DNA of 64,000 bases, taken from the NCBI GenBank assembly GCA_051294905.1, contig CM119373.1:24800001-24864000 (forward strand). The letters run 5' to 3'. Made by a program: the position numbers and the translations under genes. This document shows positions 25,741-38,525 of the stretch, one piece after another; position 1 is the stretch's first letter, and every line of letters begins with the position of its first letter. A model generated the notes under the pieces. The model was not told the DNA's origin. It searched no databases and saw only the letters and a program-made list of their open reading frames with translations. Origin of the DNA: Botryllus schlosseri. Its lineage: Eukaryota.

Positions 25741-26036
25741 CAGTGGTTCTCAATTTTTTTTCAGACACGCCTCCTTTTTAATAGTGAAAAATTTCGCGTC
25801 CCCCTTATCATCATATCACATAATGCAACCAGATGCTAGCTATCCCAACGGATAGTTTGATGGCATGGAAGTTTATGACTGCTGATGAGTGGATTCTCAA
25901 ATATGAAATTCAAACTATGAACAATGCAATAACGGTGAATTCGAGTTAAATCGCGTCAAGCGCGGAAAAAAATTCAGTTAAACGCAGCTTCGCGCCCCTT
26001 CAGATGCTTTCACGCCCCCCAGTTCGAGAATCACCG
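25741..26036 (+). mobile_element. hAT MITE, family A
   Basis: TIRs CAGTGGTTCTCAA / TCGAGAATCACCG. Perfect 8-bp TSD GACTATAC. Confidence 0.92.
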
Positions 26037-27465
26037 GACTATACGCTATGAGGTTTGTATATTTGCTACTGTCGAAAAAGGAATATTTCAATAACTAGTG
26101 TGACTAAGTCTCTGTGCGTGCTACTACATAAATTTAATTTAGTGCCTCCTGAAATGTCACGACGTCATTTGTATCCGACTCACGTGTCAAAAAGGTTGCA
26201 CACAATGCACTGTCGTACACCTCAGATGTAGTTGATCTAATGCTTTCACCTTAATTCACCAGATATCCTATCCCTACGTCTTATTTTGTTCATGTTCTTT
26301 ATCCATCGTCTAGAAAGGCCTGTCATGCGTCAATGGATTGTAAGGCCAGGCCTAACTTTACGTCACGATTATGATGTGGTGTTCGATAACTAGCTTTTAA
26401 ACTGATGCTTTATTAATTTACAGGTTTATTATTACGAGGATGCAATATGCAAGCCTGAATTCACAGAAATTCTGAAATATTTCGGAGTTCATGTTGAGAA
26501 GTCTCTTGAACCAAATTTGAGTCGCATAACCTGGTAAATATCAGTGCAGATACAAGTGGAATTAACGGAATAACGATTTCTAAGACATGTCAAAACGTCC
26601 ACAACTGGAAGTAAACTATGACCCTTGAGTAACTCGTGCAAGTGTATGCAGCAGGTGCTTCAGTATTCGGTAAAAGTAGAAGTACTTAATTACTGGCCAC
26701 CTATGACTGTAATAGTATAATAAATCAATCATCCGAGTAGCAAAGAAGATTAGAGTTGTATCATCCTGGGTATATTCAGGATGTGTGTCACGGTTTGTAC
26801 ACCCGGATTTAAACACCAGTGCCAACTCCAACCGTCAAAATATCTGACAATCTTGCTATGGATTGCACGGCTCGGCCTTTTACCTAACGGCGGCATGGTC
26901 GGCTAAAACTCATGTTAATTTATGTATTCAAAAGACGCACAACGTCACTAGCCCACGCCTTCGACGACGAGATGTCTCCCGAATCGAAGCGTCGTGAAAA
27001 TATTTATCTCCGAAGCGATGTCAGAGGTCAGCAAATCTCAAGTCACACGTTTGTAGCGAGACGAGAATTCAGAATCGGATTAAGTGTGATGTAATCCTTT
27101 ATAATATTAATAAACACAAAGTTCAAGCGACAATGCTGCAAATACTGCATACTGCTACAAAATAGGTCGGTACCGAGAACTCCGGTATGCTACCCAAGCG
27201 CTGGCTCCGTTGTTACTAGCTACATAACCCCGAGTTCAAATTAAAATGCAATGTCTGATGAATAGCAGTCAGAGGTAGAGGCTTACGTAGTAACCTATAC
27301 TCAAGTAGAAAGAAAAGTGACGCCGTAGACGTCTACTCATTGACAAGCATACTTCGAAATTCCACACACATGTGATAATTACGTCAAGTAGAAGTGTAGA
27401 AAACTAGGATCTGAAGAGACCTCAAGTAAGTATCTTCAAAAATTAGATTTGGTTATATAACGTAC

Positions 27466-27709
27466 AATATGTTTTCCTTCGGGAGGATTTGTCTTCCTTT
27501 TTCAGGAAATCGAGATTGTCCTCCGATGACGCATAAATGACCTTTTTAGGGAAAGGTCCTCCTTCGTAGCTTCGACAACCAGGCCACTGGATAAGTGGAC
27601 AGCCACAACTGAAAAACGCCATGAATGACGCGAAATCTGTAATGTGTATGTTCGAGCGGGACTTTCGGGAAAAATGATTTTTCTCTTCGTCAACACAAGA
27701 GGATGTCCC
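27466..27709 (-). CDS. Candidate coding exon (phase 0-1) of unidentified minus-strand gene
   Basis: gaaaattttag|GGG ... TAT T|gtacgt. 244 bp, locally GC-richer, GTSSCVDEEKNHFSRKSRSNIHITDFASFMAFFSCGCPLIQWPGCRSYEGGPFPKKVIYASSEDNLDFLKKEDKSSRRKTY. This frame is not in the ORF track. Confidence 0.5.
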
Positions 27710-29337
27710 CTAAAATTTTCAATCAGTAGTGGTCTAGTCCGGTAACCTACCCATTGTGATTTTTATAAAGTGTCCTTCTGTCCGGATCCCAAAATATGGT
27801 ATAGCCCTACCAATGACACTACAAATAGGTGTAATATTTCAAGGTTTAATCTTTCACCGTGGTTCAGGGGCTCTTCTGCACATTTTTCACAACGATATAA
27901 CATGTAAAGAAGATTCAAGCATGTTGAGTAAGTATTACAAGTAGGCAAAATCTACTTGAGCATTTGGATAAATTTGAAGTAGGTTTCTTCTTTACTAGAG
28001 CCCTCTCCTATTATTTATCGCCAATTGTGAATACGTCATCCCAAAAAGAACGGATATTACCAACGTAATATAAGGAATTAGCACACCGGATAAAAATTAC
28101 GACACACTCTTATACAATTTACCGGAAATTGTATAGAACACTACCCGTCTAAGTAGGAAACAAAGACATCATTATCGGATGAGACACGTTGTATGTACTT
28201 ACCTTTTTTGGTATCGCGATTAGCATGGTATATGAAGGCGTAGGTATGCGACTATGCGTACAATTTCGCAAAGATTTAAGGAGTAGTGAAGGTGTGCGTT
28301 CCAAGCTCCTATAGTTATATACATAGTTTATCTTGGATTGATATTTATTAGAGAAAATATAAAAATATATATATTTCGAGACTTCAATTTCTTTAGCGAT
28401 GGCTACAGGAACGTCACATACTGCACTACAGTATACTGATATATTTTTGCAAATGATTGTATTTTTACAAAGTACCCTTAAAGCAATTTTTACATCTTAT
28501 TTTTCGATCATAGTCGCTGCCATCAGGAACAGAATAACAACATAGAATTGTAAGGTATAATCCACAGCCTTATCGGAATATTGTCTGTTTCCAATGAACT
28601 CATGACTCATGGTACGTATCAATCTCTATTGTTTACTAATTAAGGATATGTTGCGTTGTGTCGTTGAGGATAAAACTTAAAAACCGTGTTGTAAATTCCC
28701 GGCCCGTGACTTAGCGAACAATCGTATCAGCGGAATCACGGCTATCGTCGCATTTAACGCCTTTCACCACCGTATATAAATGTGTAATGTGTCATGTTCT
28801 AAGGCATTGTATTTCGTATAATTACGGCGTTGGAATCATAACAGATCAATTGATTGCAGCATATTGAAAATATTGGAATCACGTTTTTACATATCTTTTG
28901 AAAAAGGGAACCGATTACAAAACACGGCGGAATTTTGGTAGGCAATGGTCCTAAGATGCCAATCAAGATTGAGCAGCAAGTACCTTGAATTAAATATTTA
29001 TCTTGTCAGCCTTTGTTTCCCGCGTAATTGTGTCCTGCGAATGCTGCGGCCATCAAGTATGCACATATCTCGGAAAATCCACCGCGAACGTGTGTGGTTG
29101 AACGATAAATACATTTATAGACAATTCAGGATTCCACTCTCAAGCGCTGGCTATTTTAGGAACTGCTGTCGACCTGTAAAATTTCTCTTACACAAACGGA
29201 TAACAGAGAATGTATATTTGATTGTTTATAAACGAGTTGTGAGCAGTAAAAATAGCCAGATCTGACACATAATGCTAAGCCCACGCTGTCAATAATACAA
29301 TCGATGAAGAGTCTTGCTTTTCAACACTGTAAAGACC

Positions 29338-29624
29338 TGGGTGAAATATAAGTATAATCGCCAAATTATCACTATCCACAGCTGCAGCACCAATGGGTTG
29401 CGGAATCGAGTCCAACCGAGGTCGACTGCAGAATTCTTACCAAAATCTTGAAGGTTTATCTAGGCACCTCCTCGCCATCTCATCCGCGTAAGCGATGTCT
29501 TACAAAAAGCCTAGGAGCGATCCGTGCTATAAGTCGGCAGATACGGCAAAAAAATGAAGAATATCGGCCTGGTAAAAATGAACACAGTAGTCGACAAACA
29601 CCATGAATACCACAAACAAACAAA
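29338..29624 (+). mobile_element. tRNA-derived SINE, copy 2
   Basis: Degenerate head (GGAATCGAGTCC B box). Shared core GGTTTATCTAGGC..CTCCTCGCCAT.TCATCCGCGT.AG.G.TGTCTTACAAAA. Tail CACCATGAATACCACAAACAAACAAAC. Confidence 0.85.
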
Positions 29625-30858
29625 CCACCGAAGTGTAGGCTGTAAATCAGGTCCTTGGTTCTCTCTGATACCATATTGTACTTTCACACTTGTTCCAATG
29701 GGTGAAAACGAGTGAAATATACCAAACCGCACAGATATATATAAAAGGGGTGTGTCGTCTGCCTCGGTTTTGTGTGCCAACTTATTGCGCCGTCTTGTTG
29801 TAGTAAACGAAACCATAACCCGATACATCCCCGCGATGATTCTCAATTTGAAATGGTGCATTTCGCTCAATTAACCCAACTAAAATTAGAGAGAAACCAC
29901 AAGTATATGCATCATGAAGTGATTTTATTCACACTGAACGGCAGGGGGAATCTATGTAATATATGCTTTCGCTTAAAGTTAAGTTCTGGCCGCACGACTA
30001 AAATACCAATTCTGTTCCCCATTCATTAGACTTTGAGTAACGTATACGAAAGGAGATGTTGACAAGATTTATGGCAAGCCCTGTCATCTTATCGTCCGGT
30101 CAGTAACACTTAACCCCAGCAGAATTTCACTGAAAAGGTGGTGTCGTCCCAATTCGGTTCCGCACGAAAGTTGATCATGTAGCTAACATCCCCTGCGAGT
30201 GCGAGCCGCATATAGGATCACGCTCTAGATCCCATATAATTACCTGATCATTACCGAGTTAACAGCCAATATATGTCATAAACTAGTGATTCGATGCAGA
30301 ACATTACCAAAAGACGATTAGTAGCGACTTGACAAAGGTCAGCTGGTACATTTAAACAATTGTATCGATAGATAGTATTCTCATTGGAACTGCTGGCATT
30401 TAATTCCATGTAACTATAGGTGATTATCTTGATCTTGTTGACAGAATGGGGCACCTATACGACTGGAAACAATTACCATATAGAGATCCACAGAAAACCG
30501 TTGTTTATATTTCAGTTGACTTTTAACCCGTAATTAGATGAATTAATAGACCCAAATAATATGCACAATATAACCCTCGGCTATGGAATTCAGCAACGAA
30601 TCTCTATACGCCCACTCGTTTATTTAATGTGCATTGTGTTCCGACTGCACTGGTCAATGTGCAATGGTTTTCTTACTCATACAGTATGAACCGTCGACAT
30701 TTAACACAGCCAGTACAGTAGTATCGCTAAACAGTGGTGTTCGACACTATTTTTTGAATCTATCAAATAGTTTTCTGCGTCTTGCTGTTGTTGGCGTCGG
30801 CATCTCCAAGATCGTTATGATTGGGCCGTGTAAATGTTCTACCAACACTCTGAGCATA

Positions 30859-31242
30859 TTAATATTTAGTGCATTCAATGCACTGTTTCACCTGCCAGAT
30901 CATTTCTCGCAGCAACAACCATTTTATAGGTAATCGCGAGTAATGTAAGACCATTCCCACGCCGATTACTGAGGGTATTCGGGTTTCAGCGTCTGGTAGC
31001 ATTGGCTCCCATCGCCTCCGGGATTTTATTCGTTGCGAAACGTATGGCTTGCGTAAAGAAATTTGACGTTGATAAATCGCCGTTAACATATGATAACAAT
31101 TATGCAGATACCGCGAAATGCACGTAACAGTACCGTTGACTAAACGTGATGCCAAACGTTGCCATCCGTAATTGCTAAGCCGATTTCTTATATCTGATAC
31201 GGCCGTCGTGTACGTACCTTCACTAGGAATATTTATAGCCAA
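30859..31242 (-). CDS. Long open frame, possibly containing a coding exon
   Basis: 127-codon ORF in locally GC-richer DNA. Splice limits not determinable; a plus-strand frame is also open over part of it. Confidence 0.2.
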   Translation of the reverse strand: MAINIPSEGTYTTAVSDIRNRLSNYGWQRLASRLVNGTVTCISRYLHNCYHMLTAIYQRQISLRKPYVSQRIKSRRRWEPMLPDAETRIPSVIGVGMVLHYSRLPIKWLLLREMIWQVKQCIECTKY

Positions 31243-31555
31243 GCGTGACTCGAACGCAAAACAAGTCCGCCTATGTGGCTGATTGCCGTGACCTTCCTAG
31301 CGTATTCTAATCCTTAGATTACATTAGAGAATATTCGAGACGTCTTTCTTGGTATAAATACATAAATTGATACAGAAGGCACTAATCGGCTCTCGGCATT
31401 TGTTTTTATAACCCGCTTCTCGTCAATGACAGTTAATCTGACTGTAATCATCTCAATTGAGACGGGGATCGCTGGTGTACATTGTAGAAGCAGTAAGAAA
31501 ATTACGGTTTATGGGGAAGTTTCGCTTTCTTCTCATTTGTAAATGAACATTTGAA

Positions 31556-32159
31556 CAAGGTTGTAATGACTCGAGTCATGCCTCGACTTGAGTCGCGATT
31601 CTTTGGTGACTCGACTTGACTCCAGTCATGTTTTCATAATACGGAAAATGTCTCGACTCGACCTGAGTCAATCTGTGTATTGACTTGACTTGTACTCGAC
31701 TCGACCCGAGTCAATCTGTGTATTGACTTGACTTGTACTCGACTCATTACGAATGACTCGGACCAAGTCATATGACTCGAGACTTGGACGGCCATGACCA
31801 TCATTTCATTGTAATTTCGGAGAATATTTATGTTGCCACACAATTGGTGTTTCGTAATAGTACTGGTACTTGAAAATGCGACCAGAAACTGCTACAAGTG
31901 AGAAAAACTAGTATATTACCAGGCAGAGTATGTAAAAAGTGGATTTAACAATTCTTCAACTCGAAACTAAACAGTCAACACAATGACTTGGACTCCGACT
32001 CGAGTCATAACACTATTACTCGGACTCGGCCATCTGCTCGCAGACTTGGACTCGGACTTGACTCATTGATGAACTGCGAATGACTCGACTTGACTCGAGT
32101 CAAAACTATAAGTGAGGTTGACCTGTGACTCGGGACCTTGTGAATTGGTTACAATCCTG
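31556..32159 (+). mobile_element. hAT-like MITE rich in GACTCGAGTC / GACTTGACTC motifs
   Basis: Termini CAAGGTTGTAA / TTACAATCCTG. Flanks CATTTGAA / CATTTGAG (7/8). Internal 43-bp tandem duplication at 31655-31740. Confidence 0.8.
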
Positions 32160-32619
32160 CATTTGAGTATGTTTTTGGGTCCAAATTTATATGAGCAGCT
32201 TTCTCTGTGTTATAAGCGGCCTTGAATTCAGCTTCAGCAGTAGCCTATTTAAATACAGTGAAGAAACTGAATAGGCACCTCAGGTGATCTCATGTTATCG
32301 ATATAATTCCTCATCCTACGAATTCCATGATGTGCACTTACTGTGGTCCACTTCGGGAACGTTTCAGACAAAGAAATTCAACTAAGACTCCTATTACCTC
32401 CATCCACTACCCCGTGTTGTAGCGGTGCAGTTCCAAAAACCTCAAATGTAAATAATTTGGAACCTGAAGAATCTCGAGGCTCCAGCTTGGAATCTTGCGA
32501 AAATACGCTTTACGTAACCATTTTATTAATCACATGGTACGGACAAAGTTTATAGGCAGCAGCCCGCATGTGCACAATAGCGCTGCACGAAGACATGGTT
32601 GTGTAACAGGATTTGAACG

Positions 32620-32910
32620 CCTAATCGCACGACGGAAAACAAGAGCTGACGTGTTCGTTTAACAATCCCACTGATACAGTAGCTTATATGTTAAATAAAA
32701 TCAAATATAATCAGATTAAGAATTTTCATAAATATGCGACATCTCTTTCACCACCGAATATTTGTTCAAGCAATAAGGCTTGTGTCGTGTAATTTTAATA
32801 TTACAAAACAACTATAAGGTGGTACTTCCATGCGGCATGAACTTTTCATAACGTTTCGGGTAAGCAATGATCACAACAATGCCAGGTTATATAAGGATAT
32901 AATTCGTGAA
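32620..32910 (+). repeat. Dispersed repeat, second copy at ~44635-44920
   Basis: Shared ordered blocks GCTGACGTG..CAATCCCAC, AATCAAAT.TAATCAG, CGAATATTTGTTC, CATAACGTTT, CAGGTTATATAAG.ATATAATTC.TGAAT. Confidence 0.7.
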
Positions 32911-33162
32911 TGCCCACGAAAATATATGTACATTATACATCTCTCACAAATACCCCCAATAGAAAAATAAATATATTTGTCAAGTTTAAATGGATTTATC
33001 TCTGTTGCGGATATATTCTTCCAGTACAGAGCAGCTTTTGTGGATCAGGGCGCAGGGATTAGGCCATTAGTGGAGAGGGTTACGTTGCATTTTTGTAGAG
33101 ACGGCGCGGAGGATCATGACGTGATGTTTAGAGGGTACGTAGCAGTGCGGGGCATGGATAAG

Positions 33163-33601
33163 GGTTCTATACCAATACCGAGAAAACCATTACCGAGAAT
33201 GGACATTACCGAGAATGCCATTACCGAGAATGAACATTACCGAGAACGGACATTACCGAGAATGGTCATTACCGAGAATGGACACCACCGAGAATGGACA
33301 TTTCCGAGAATGGCCAATGTCAAGAATATAGCTTACTGGGACTGACATTGTCGAGAAATTGATACCTGAGCATCGATACCGGATGTGGCAACGCCGTGAT
33401 GCACTCACACGACCTGTGCATATGCATAACATGCCTGCATTGCATATATTGCATTCTCGGTAATGTCCATTCTCGGTGGTGTCCATTCTCGGTAATGTCC
33501 ATTCTCTGTGGTGTCCATTCTCGGTAATGTCCATTCTCGGTGGTGTCCATTCTCGGTAATGGCATTCTCGGTAATGGTTTTCTCGGTATTGTCCGGACAC
33601 C
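33163..33601 (+). mobile_element. Mutator-like non-autonomous element with inverted arrays of a 16-bp unit
   Basis: GG...CC termini. Perfect 9-bp TSD ATGGATAAG (33154-33162, 33602-33610). Tandem ATTACCGAGAATGGAC units on the left and their reverse complements on the right. Confidence 0.9.
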
Positions 33602-33654
33602 ATGGATAAGCAATCGATTGAATATCTGCCGGTTATATTTTTATTATTTTTAGC

Positions 33655-34160
33655 CGGATCCGGATCGGAGTCGGAGTCATACTTTTTCTGACAATGCCGG
33701 ATCCGGATCGGAGCTGGATTCGAACTTTACCTGACACGGCCGGACAAATATCGAGTACAGTGTCTCAGATTTAGCCATATCTGGGGTTACAGGATGTCTT
33801 TATTTTGCCGAAGTCGGGTAGATACTTCTTAAAATTTTTATACGACCGGAGTCTGATTGGCGCCGGATTCCATTTTGAAGATACAAGATCCTAGCCGGAA
33901 TGGCGAATTCGTCGATCCGCCTTGCATTAGACCGGAACCGGGGTTGATACTGCACCGATAATTATTTTATTTTGGACCGGAGCCTGATGGGAGCCAGATT
34001 CCTACTATTTCCGATGCGACCGGGGTCCTAGCGAATAGTGTGAAGGATTGAACCGGGACCGGTGGGACATTGACAGGAGACGGATCCATGCTTTTTCTGA
34101 CACGGCAGCAGTCAGATTGGAGCCGAACTGCATTTTGAAGAAACGGGATCGGAGTGGGAA
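33655..34160. repeat. Degenerate GGAGTC/GGATCCGG-rich transposon relic
   Basis: Repeated CCGGATCCGGATCGGAG(TC) motifs resembling 39520-39978 and 53087-53693. Ends unresolved. Confidence 0.55.
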
Positions 34161-34353
34161 GAGGAGGTCTGCCCATTGAAATTATCTGCAGATTCATCCG
34201 TTTAAGACTTTAAGTATTCATATCCATAAACAGTAAATTATGAATAACTCGTCTTGATTCCCTGACGTAACCGCTACATTTGAAGGAGTATTACTACGGA
34301 TGGAGCACTTCATTTTTTCACATCCCTCACTAGTACCTAATGATGCTAATAAT

Positions 34354-34829
34354 TCACCAGATGCAATTACGCTTAATAGGTTCAAGTGCAAGTAGCGTTA
34401 AGGGTAACAGTGATGTCCAGATCCTCTGGTCGCGAATATGTGAAAAGCGGTTATCCGTTGACTCGGGCATCCTATCTCCACTCGTAAATGGTGTCGTGCA
34501 AAGGAAAAATAACAATCGATTCATTTTGTTTTCTGTTCTACCAAAATTGACATGACGATTATTCATTCTTTCACTGGGAAAATGGGTATATATTCGATTA
34601 TAGATTGATTGGGGCATTTTTGCCACGTTAATTTTGTTTCTTGTGCCTTCTATCCTCAGAAATGTAGTCTGTATCGGCTTCAGTTTGAAGCATGTTTTCG
34701 TTGCTTGATAAAGGACATTGACTAACAGTTTCGACGTTAATACATCGATTGTTGGAAAAGTGAAAGCAGACGTAATGACGGGTCCGCTCATTATTATACT
34801 CCACCCGGATTCGAGTGTAATGAATCTGT
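34354..34829 (-). CDS. Candidate coding exon within the longest stop-free frame of the window
   Basis: About 167 stop-free codons. Acceptors aaattag| (34829) and cctaccag| (34847) are both phase 1 and join exon 36653-36737 in frame (..GYKDQ-D-RFITLESGWSIIMSGPVITS..). Donor uncertain (possible GAT|gtatta at 34744). Confidence 0.35.
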
Positions 34830-35364
34830 CTAATTTTATCGTCGAATCTGGTAGGTCTCATCAAATTACCTCATTCTATCGTATTTATAGTAATTACTGG
34901 AAACGTTAGGGTAATACTGAAGCATTTATTCAGCACTGCATTGTGTTATTACCTGAGAGATGGATCGACCCGCTACTAGAAAAATGTTAGGGGTATATGC
35001 GTACATTTATTCATACTTCCATTACCTTACATCACGCGGATTCACAGGAATGGATACCCGAATTCCACCGTGTTCTATTGTCGCGTGCTACAGTGTTGTA
35101 CAGCGCGTTTCATATTCATGGGCATTAATATTTAATTGTTGGCAGATGGTAAAGATGGATAACGAGAGCCAATAATGCCATACTTTACTGAAACAACATA
35201 TCATATGAGGCCATAATTGATCATTAGCTAGTCATTGGAAGCAACATTTGAATGCAAATTACCCGTACTTGCTGGCTTATCCACGGTGTCAAGGTTTGTC
35301 GCATAAGATCAAAGAAACTATTAGTATTTTGTAGCGACATTGGATACGGGGACTTGTAAAATAA

Positions 35365-35705
35365 TGGTACCAAACTGCTGATAAGTATCGAAATACCCGG
35401 GACATAGAATGCTAGAATTTGATGTTACGAAAATTGTATAAAGAAACGTACGTCATAGTGCTAGGAATGGTAAGAGGGATTGGCTTTTTCGTAAGGTGAA
35501 CCCGAAAGGTGGTATGAATTTCAAATCACGATAAGATATATCTCTATACTACACGTTGTTCAAAGACGGCGTTTTAGAATCATAATGGCAATCAAATTTT
35601 CTTCCTTTTAATATTCGTTTAAAGCCAATAGAATGACTACTGCAAAATGTAGAAATTTTTCATAGGTTTATGATATTAATCGTATTTCCGTGAAAGGACA
35701 ATAGA
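35365..35705 (+). repeat. Dispersed repeat, second copy at ~46190-46530
   Basis: Shared blocks AATAA.GGTACCAA.CTG.TGATAAGT, TAGAATTTGAT.TTACGAAA, CGTCATAG, TTCAAAGA, AAAGGACAA. Confidence 0.65.
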
Positions 35706-36652
35706 TTAATTGGCATAGCACCCAGAATCGGGGAAATTGAACTGTTTTAGCACGCGTGAAAGACCAGCTGTAATCTCGTAAAGACGCTGATATCGAGACT
35801 ATTGACGCATAAAAGTTTAAAACTTAGTTCAGAATTCATAGTGAATCGTGCATAACCTCACTTTCTTTAAATTCGTAAAAAAGCTTCCGAAATTGAAATA
35901 TATAATTTCATGCCGATTACATTTTGCGGTATCGTATATCACGATTCTTCCACTGGAAATGTACCGTATCGCTCAATGGAACATGCTAGAATCCTACACA
36001 TCGATCAGTATCTGCGATAGGTACCTTATCTCAGATGCATACGTTTGAGCGAGTTCCTTAGTGTTGGTGTTCCCATTACATATTCTTTGAAACTAATTCT
36101 TATCTCTTGTCATCCCAATTAGGAGATAGTTTCAGTCAACATTTATTTCATCATACACTTAATGCTTTTGACTTCAAGCTGGAATCGTAATGAGCTAAGA
36201 GAAAATGAACAAATAATTTAATTTTGTTATTATTGCCTCAACTTTGAACTGTCCTGTCTTCATTTGTTTTCAATAATATTAATAATAATGATATCAATAA
36301 CCATTATAATTCAATTCGTCACTGTCAGTTGTCTCTAAAACCCGGTTTCCAATTCTTTACTACCGTAATTCTGTAATGTACCTTCTTCATGCATTTCCAA
36401 CAGGAAAAACAGTCTGACTTTATTACTGTATTCCTAAAAGTTCTTTAGATGACGGTTGCTTCTCTGCTTGTATGTGTATTTACCAATTTTACTGTGAGTG
36501 AATGGCATAATAATAATGTTCTCTGTCTTCCAAATGCAATAAAGTCGATGATAATTTGATCATTATAATGATACCATATATGATCGCATACGTCACACTG
36601 AAAGCGGAGATGTGCCTATCGAATTTATGCTGATTTCATCCACTAAAAATAC

Positions 36653-36737
36653 CTTGATCTTTGTAACCATCGATTCGGAAAATTGAAGGAAGTTCCAAAC
36701 GCCTTGGTGTATCAAGTACACCACCATGTGGAGTAGA
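36653..36737 (-). CDS. Candidate internal exon (phase 0-1)
   Basis: atatgttag|TCT ... CAA G|gtattt. Encodes STPHGGVLDTPRRLELPSIFRIDGYKDQ. Confidence 0.45.
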
Positions 36738-37109
36738 CTAACATATCGGTATGTCATAACAAAATGCAGGTCAATTTCACGCATGATAGAACTGAACGCA
36801 TTTTATGCAACGCGTATGCCGATCACGGGACGTATTTGCCATCCATGCATCTCGCCGAGGTAGATTTGGAAGTGAGTTACTAAAAGCGTACATTCATTTT
36901 GAGCCCGTGCCTGTAGTATCGGATGAATTTCTACATTAAATCGCGCAAATACCGCAAGTCTTTCAACGGCACCTTTACAAACACGCTCCCTTTGACCTCA
37001 ATGTTTGCTTACTCAAGTCCGGTCCGTATATTTGTGTGGTGCGCATTCCGACGCGATAACTGTCACATTTCAGATGCCACTTCTTTTGTGCGGCCGCCAT
37101 CAATCTCAC

Positions 37110-37285
37110 ATCGTGACGTAAGCCCCACCCTAGACGTCCTCGTCTGGGGATCGGCGTGAGGATAGCTTCTCGCTTCGTATAATTTTTATATTTGCCAACG
37201 TTATTGATACGGTCCGGCTGACTTGTGAGGTAGTCCCGCCCGAAATTGTAAACGGCCCGATCACGTTTTTGTGATGACGAAATCG
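37110..37285 (-). CDS. Candidate internal exon (phase 1-0; alternative donor at 37013)
   Basis: ttgttgaatcag|CG ... GAT|gtgaga. GC-richer, ISSSQKRDRAVYNFGRDYLTSQPDRINNVGKYKNYTKREAILTPIPRRGRLGWGLRHD. The frame stays open to a second donor TTGA|gtaagc. Confidence 0.5.
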
Positions 37286-38400
37286 CTGATTCAACAAGCG
37301 TTCATTGAACGATAAGGGGTGGTTATTCATAAAAGTCGTGGGTTGCTAACCGTGAATGTTATTATTTGTAAATCGTGAATATGAAAGTTATACGATTTCA
37401 AATTCAGATTCAGATTCACCTAAAACGCCGTTTCCGTTCACCTCGTGACACCTATTTCGCTCATAATTTGATCAAAACGCGCCTTACACAATAATTTGCT
37501 TTGCCCGTGCAAAGAAATTGGATTGTAATACGTTGTGAATGTGCAAATTACATTAATCACAAAATATTTTATAGGTGTGAAAGATAACAGTAAAATGCCT
37601 TAATTCGCCATCAATAATTCTATATCCAATCTCTTGTAGAACACCCTGATCCGAGGCCTACGATAGGTTATCGTATAGTCTCCGACATGATCATAATTAG
37701 CGTTATTATGTACTGTATAGAACAGAGTGAATTCTTCATTCTTTATGTCTGGTGTGATTTTTATTCTCGCAATCTAGACGGTTAGCCAATTAGTTAATTA
37801 TGGGTATCACGGCTCAACGTGTCGATGGTATTTAGTATGATAGTCACTATATATATGATGCAAATTCGGGGTTGAAATTTTGTGGATAAGGGTTCGTCAT
37901 CCTAATCGTAGGCGGAGTTGTATGTGGTACATGGATTTGAAGCCTTGCGTACACACGAAATAGATTTTGTTGGCAAATTTACACTGTCTTTTGCTTCATA
38001 TAACAAGTATAGGTATTTATATATGTATAAATTGATGATTTGATTATGGTGTTGGCTATAAATACATGTTCCTGTCACAATGTGGTGGCTGTACGAAGCA
38101 AGCGTGAGACGCCCAACTTTTTCTATGAGCTGTCAATAATTCTAGTCGTATTCAGAAATAAAGATTGTGCTTCGTAACATCTGCCTATTACATGAAATTT
38201 AGTATGTTTCTTATTGCTTACCTCTCCGTGGGACGAGGTATTAGGTTACAATTGATGTTAGCGCAATTGAGATCACTAGAGAGACGATCGACTTTATAGC
38301 CTATGACAATGCAGATTTGAGCAACCCTTATTCAGAATGCGGGACTAGATCACGGCTAAAAAATAACATGGTATTTGATCTAAATACCATCGATACTTAC

Positions 38401-38525
38401 GCAAAATGTCCACACGGACACCATGGTAACGCTGGTCTAGGATTACAATTCTGATTTTAATCCGGCGTGCAGCGAACTGATTGTTGTGGATATAGCAGAA
38501 TAATGGTGACAGGAAATCGCTGTCG
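38401..38525 (-). CDS. Candidate internal exon (phase 2-1)
   Basis: ttatcttgtaccag|C ... TTG C|gtaagt, both strong sites. Only one frame is open over its length. Phase-compatible with the exon starting at 37285. Confidence 0.35.

Noticed and set aside
29738-29747. TATATAAAAG TATA-like box
   Set aside because: No linked start site, ORF or second LTR copy to support it.
32368-32513. Possible plus exon DKEIQLRLLLPPSTTPCC...
   Set aside because: Splice-like sites occur on both strands here, and frames of this length are common by chance in AT-rich DNA.
33168-33590. Regular short repeats superficially like a CRISPR array
   Set aside because: The units are contiguous with no unique spacers, inverted about the centre, in a eukaryotic context with no cas genes.
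32977-33613. Three ORFs of 97-122 aa with PRMDITENGHYRE repeats (also 55944-56368)
   Set aside because: They are translations of 16-bp arrays inside a TSD-bounded transposon.
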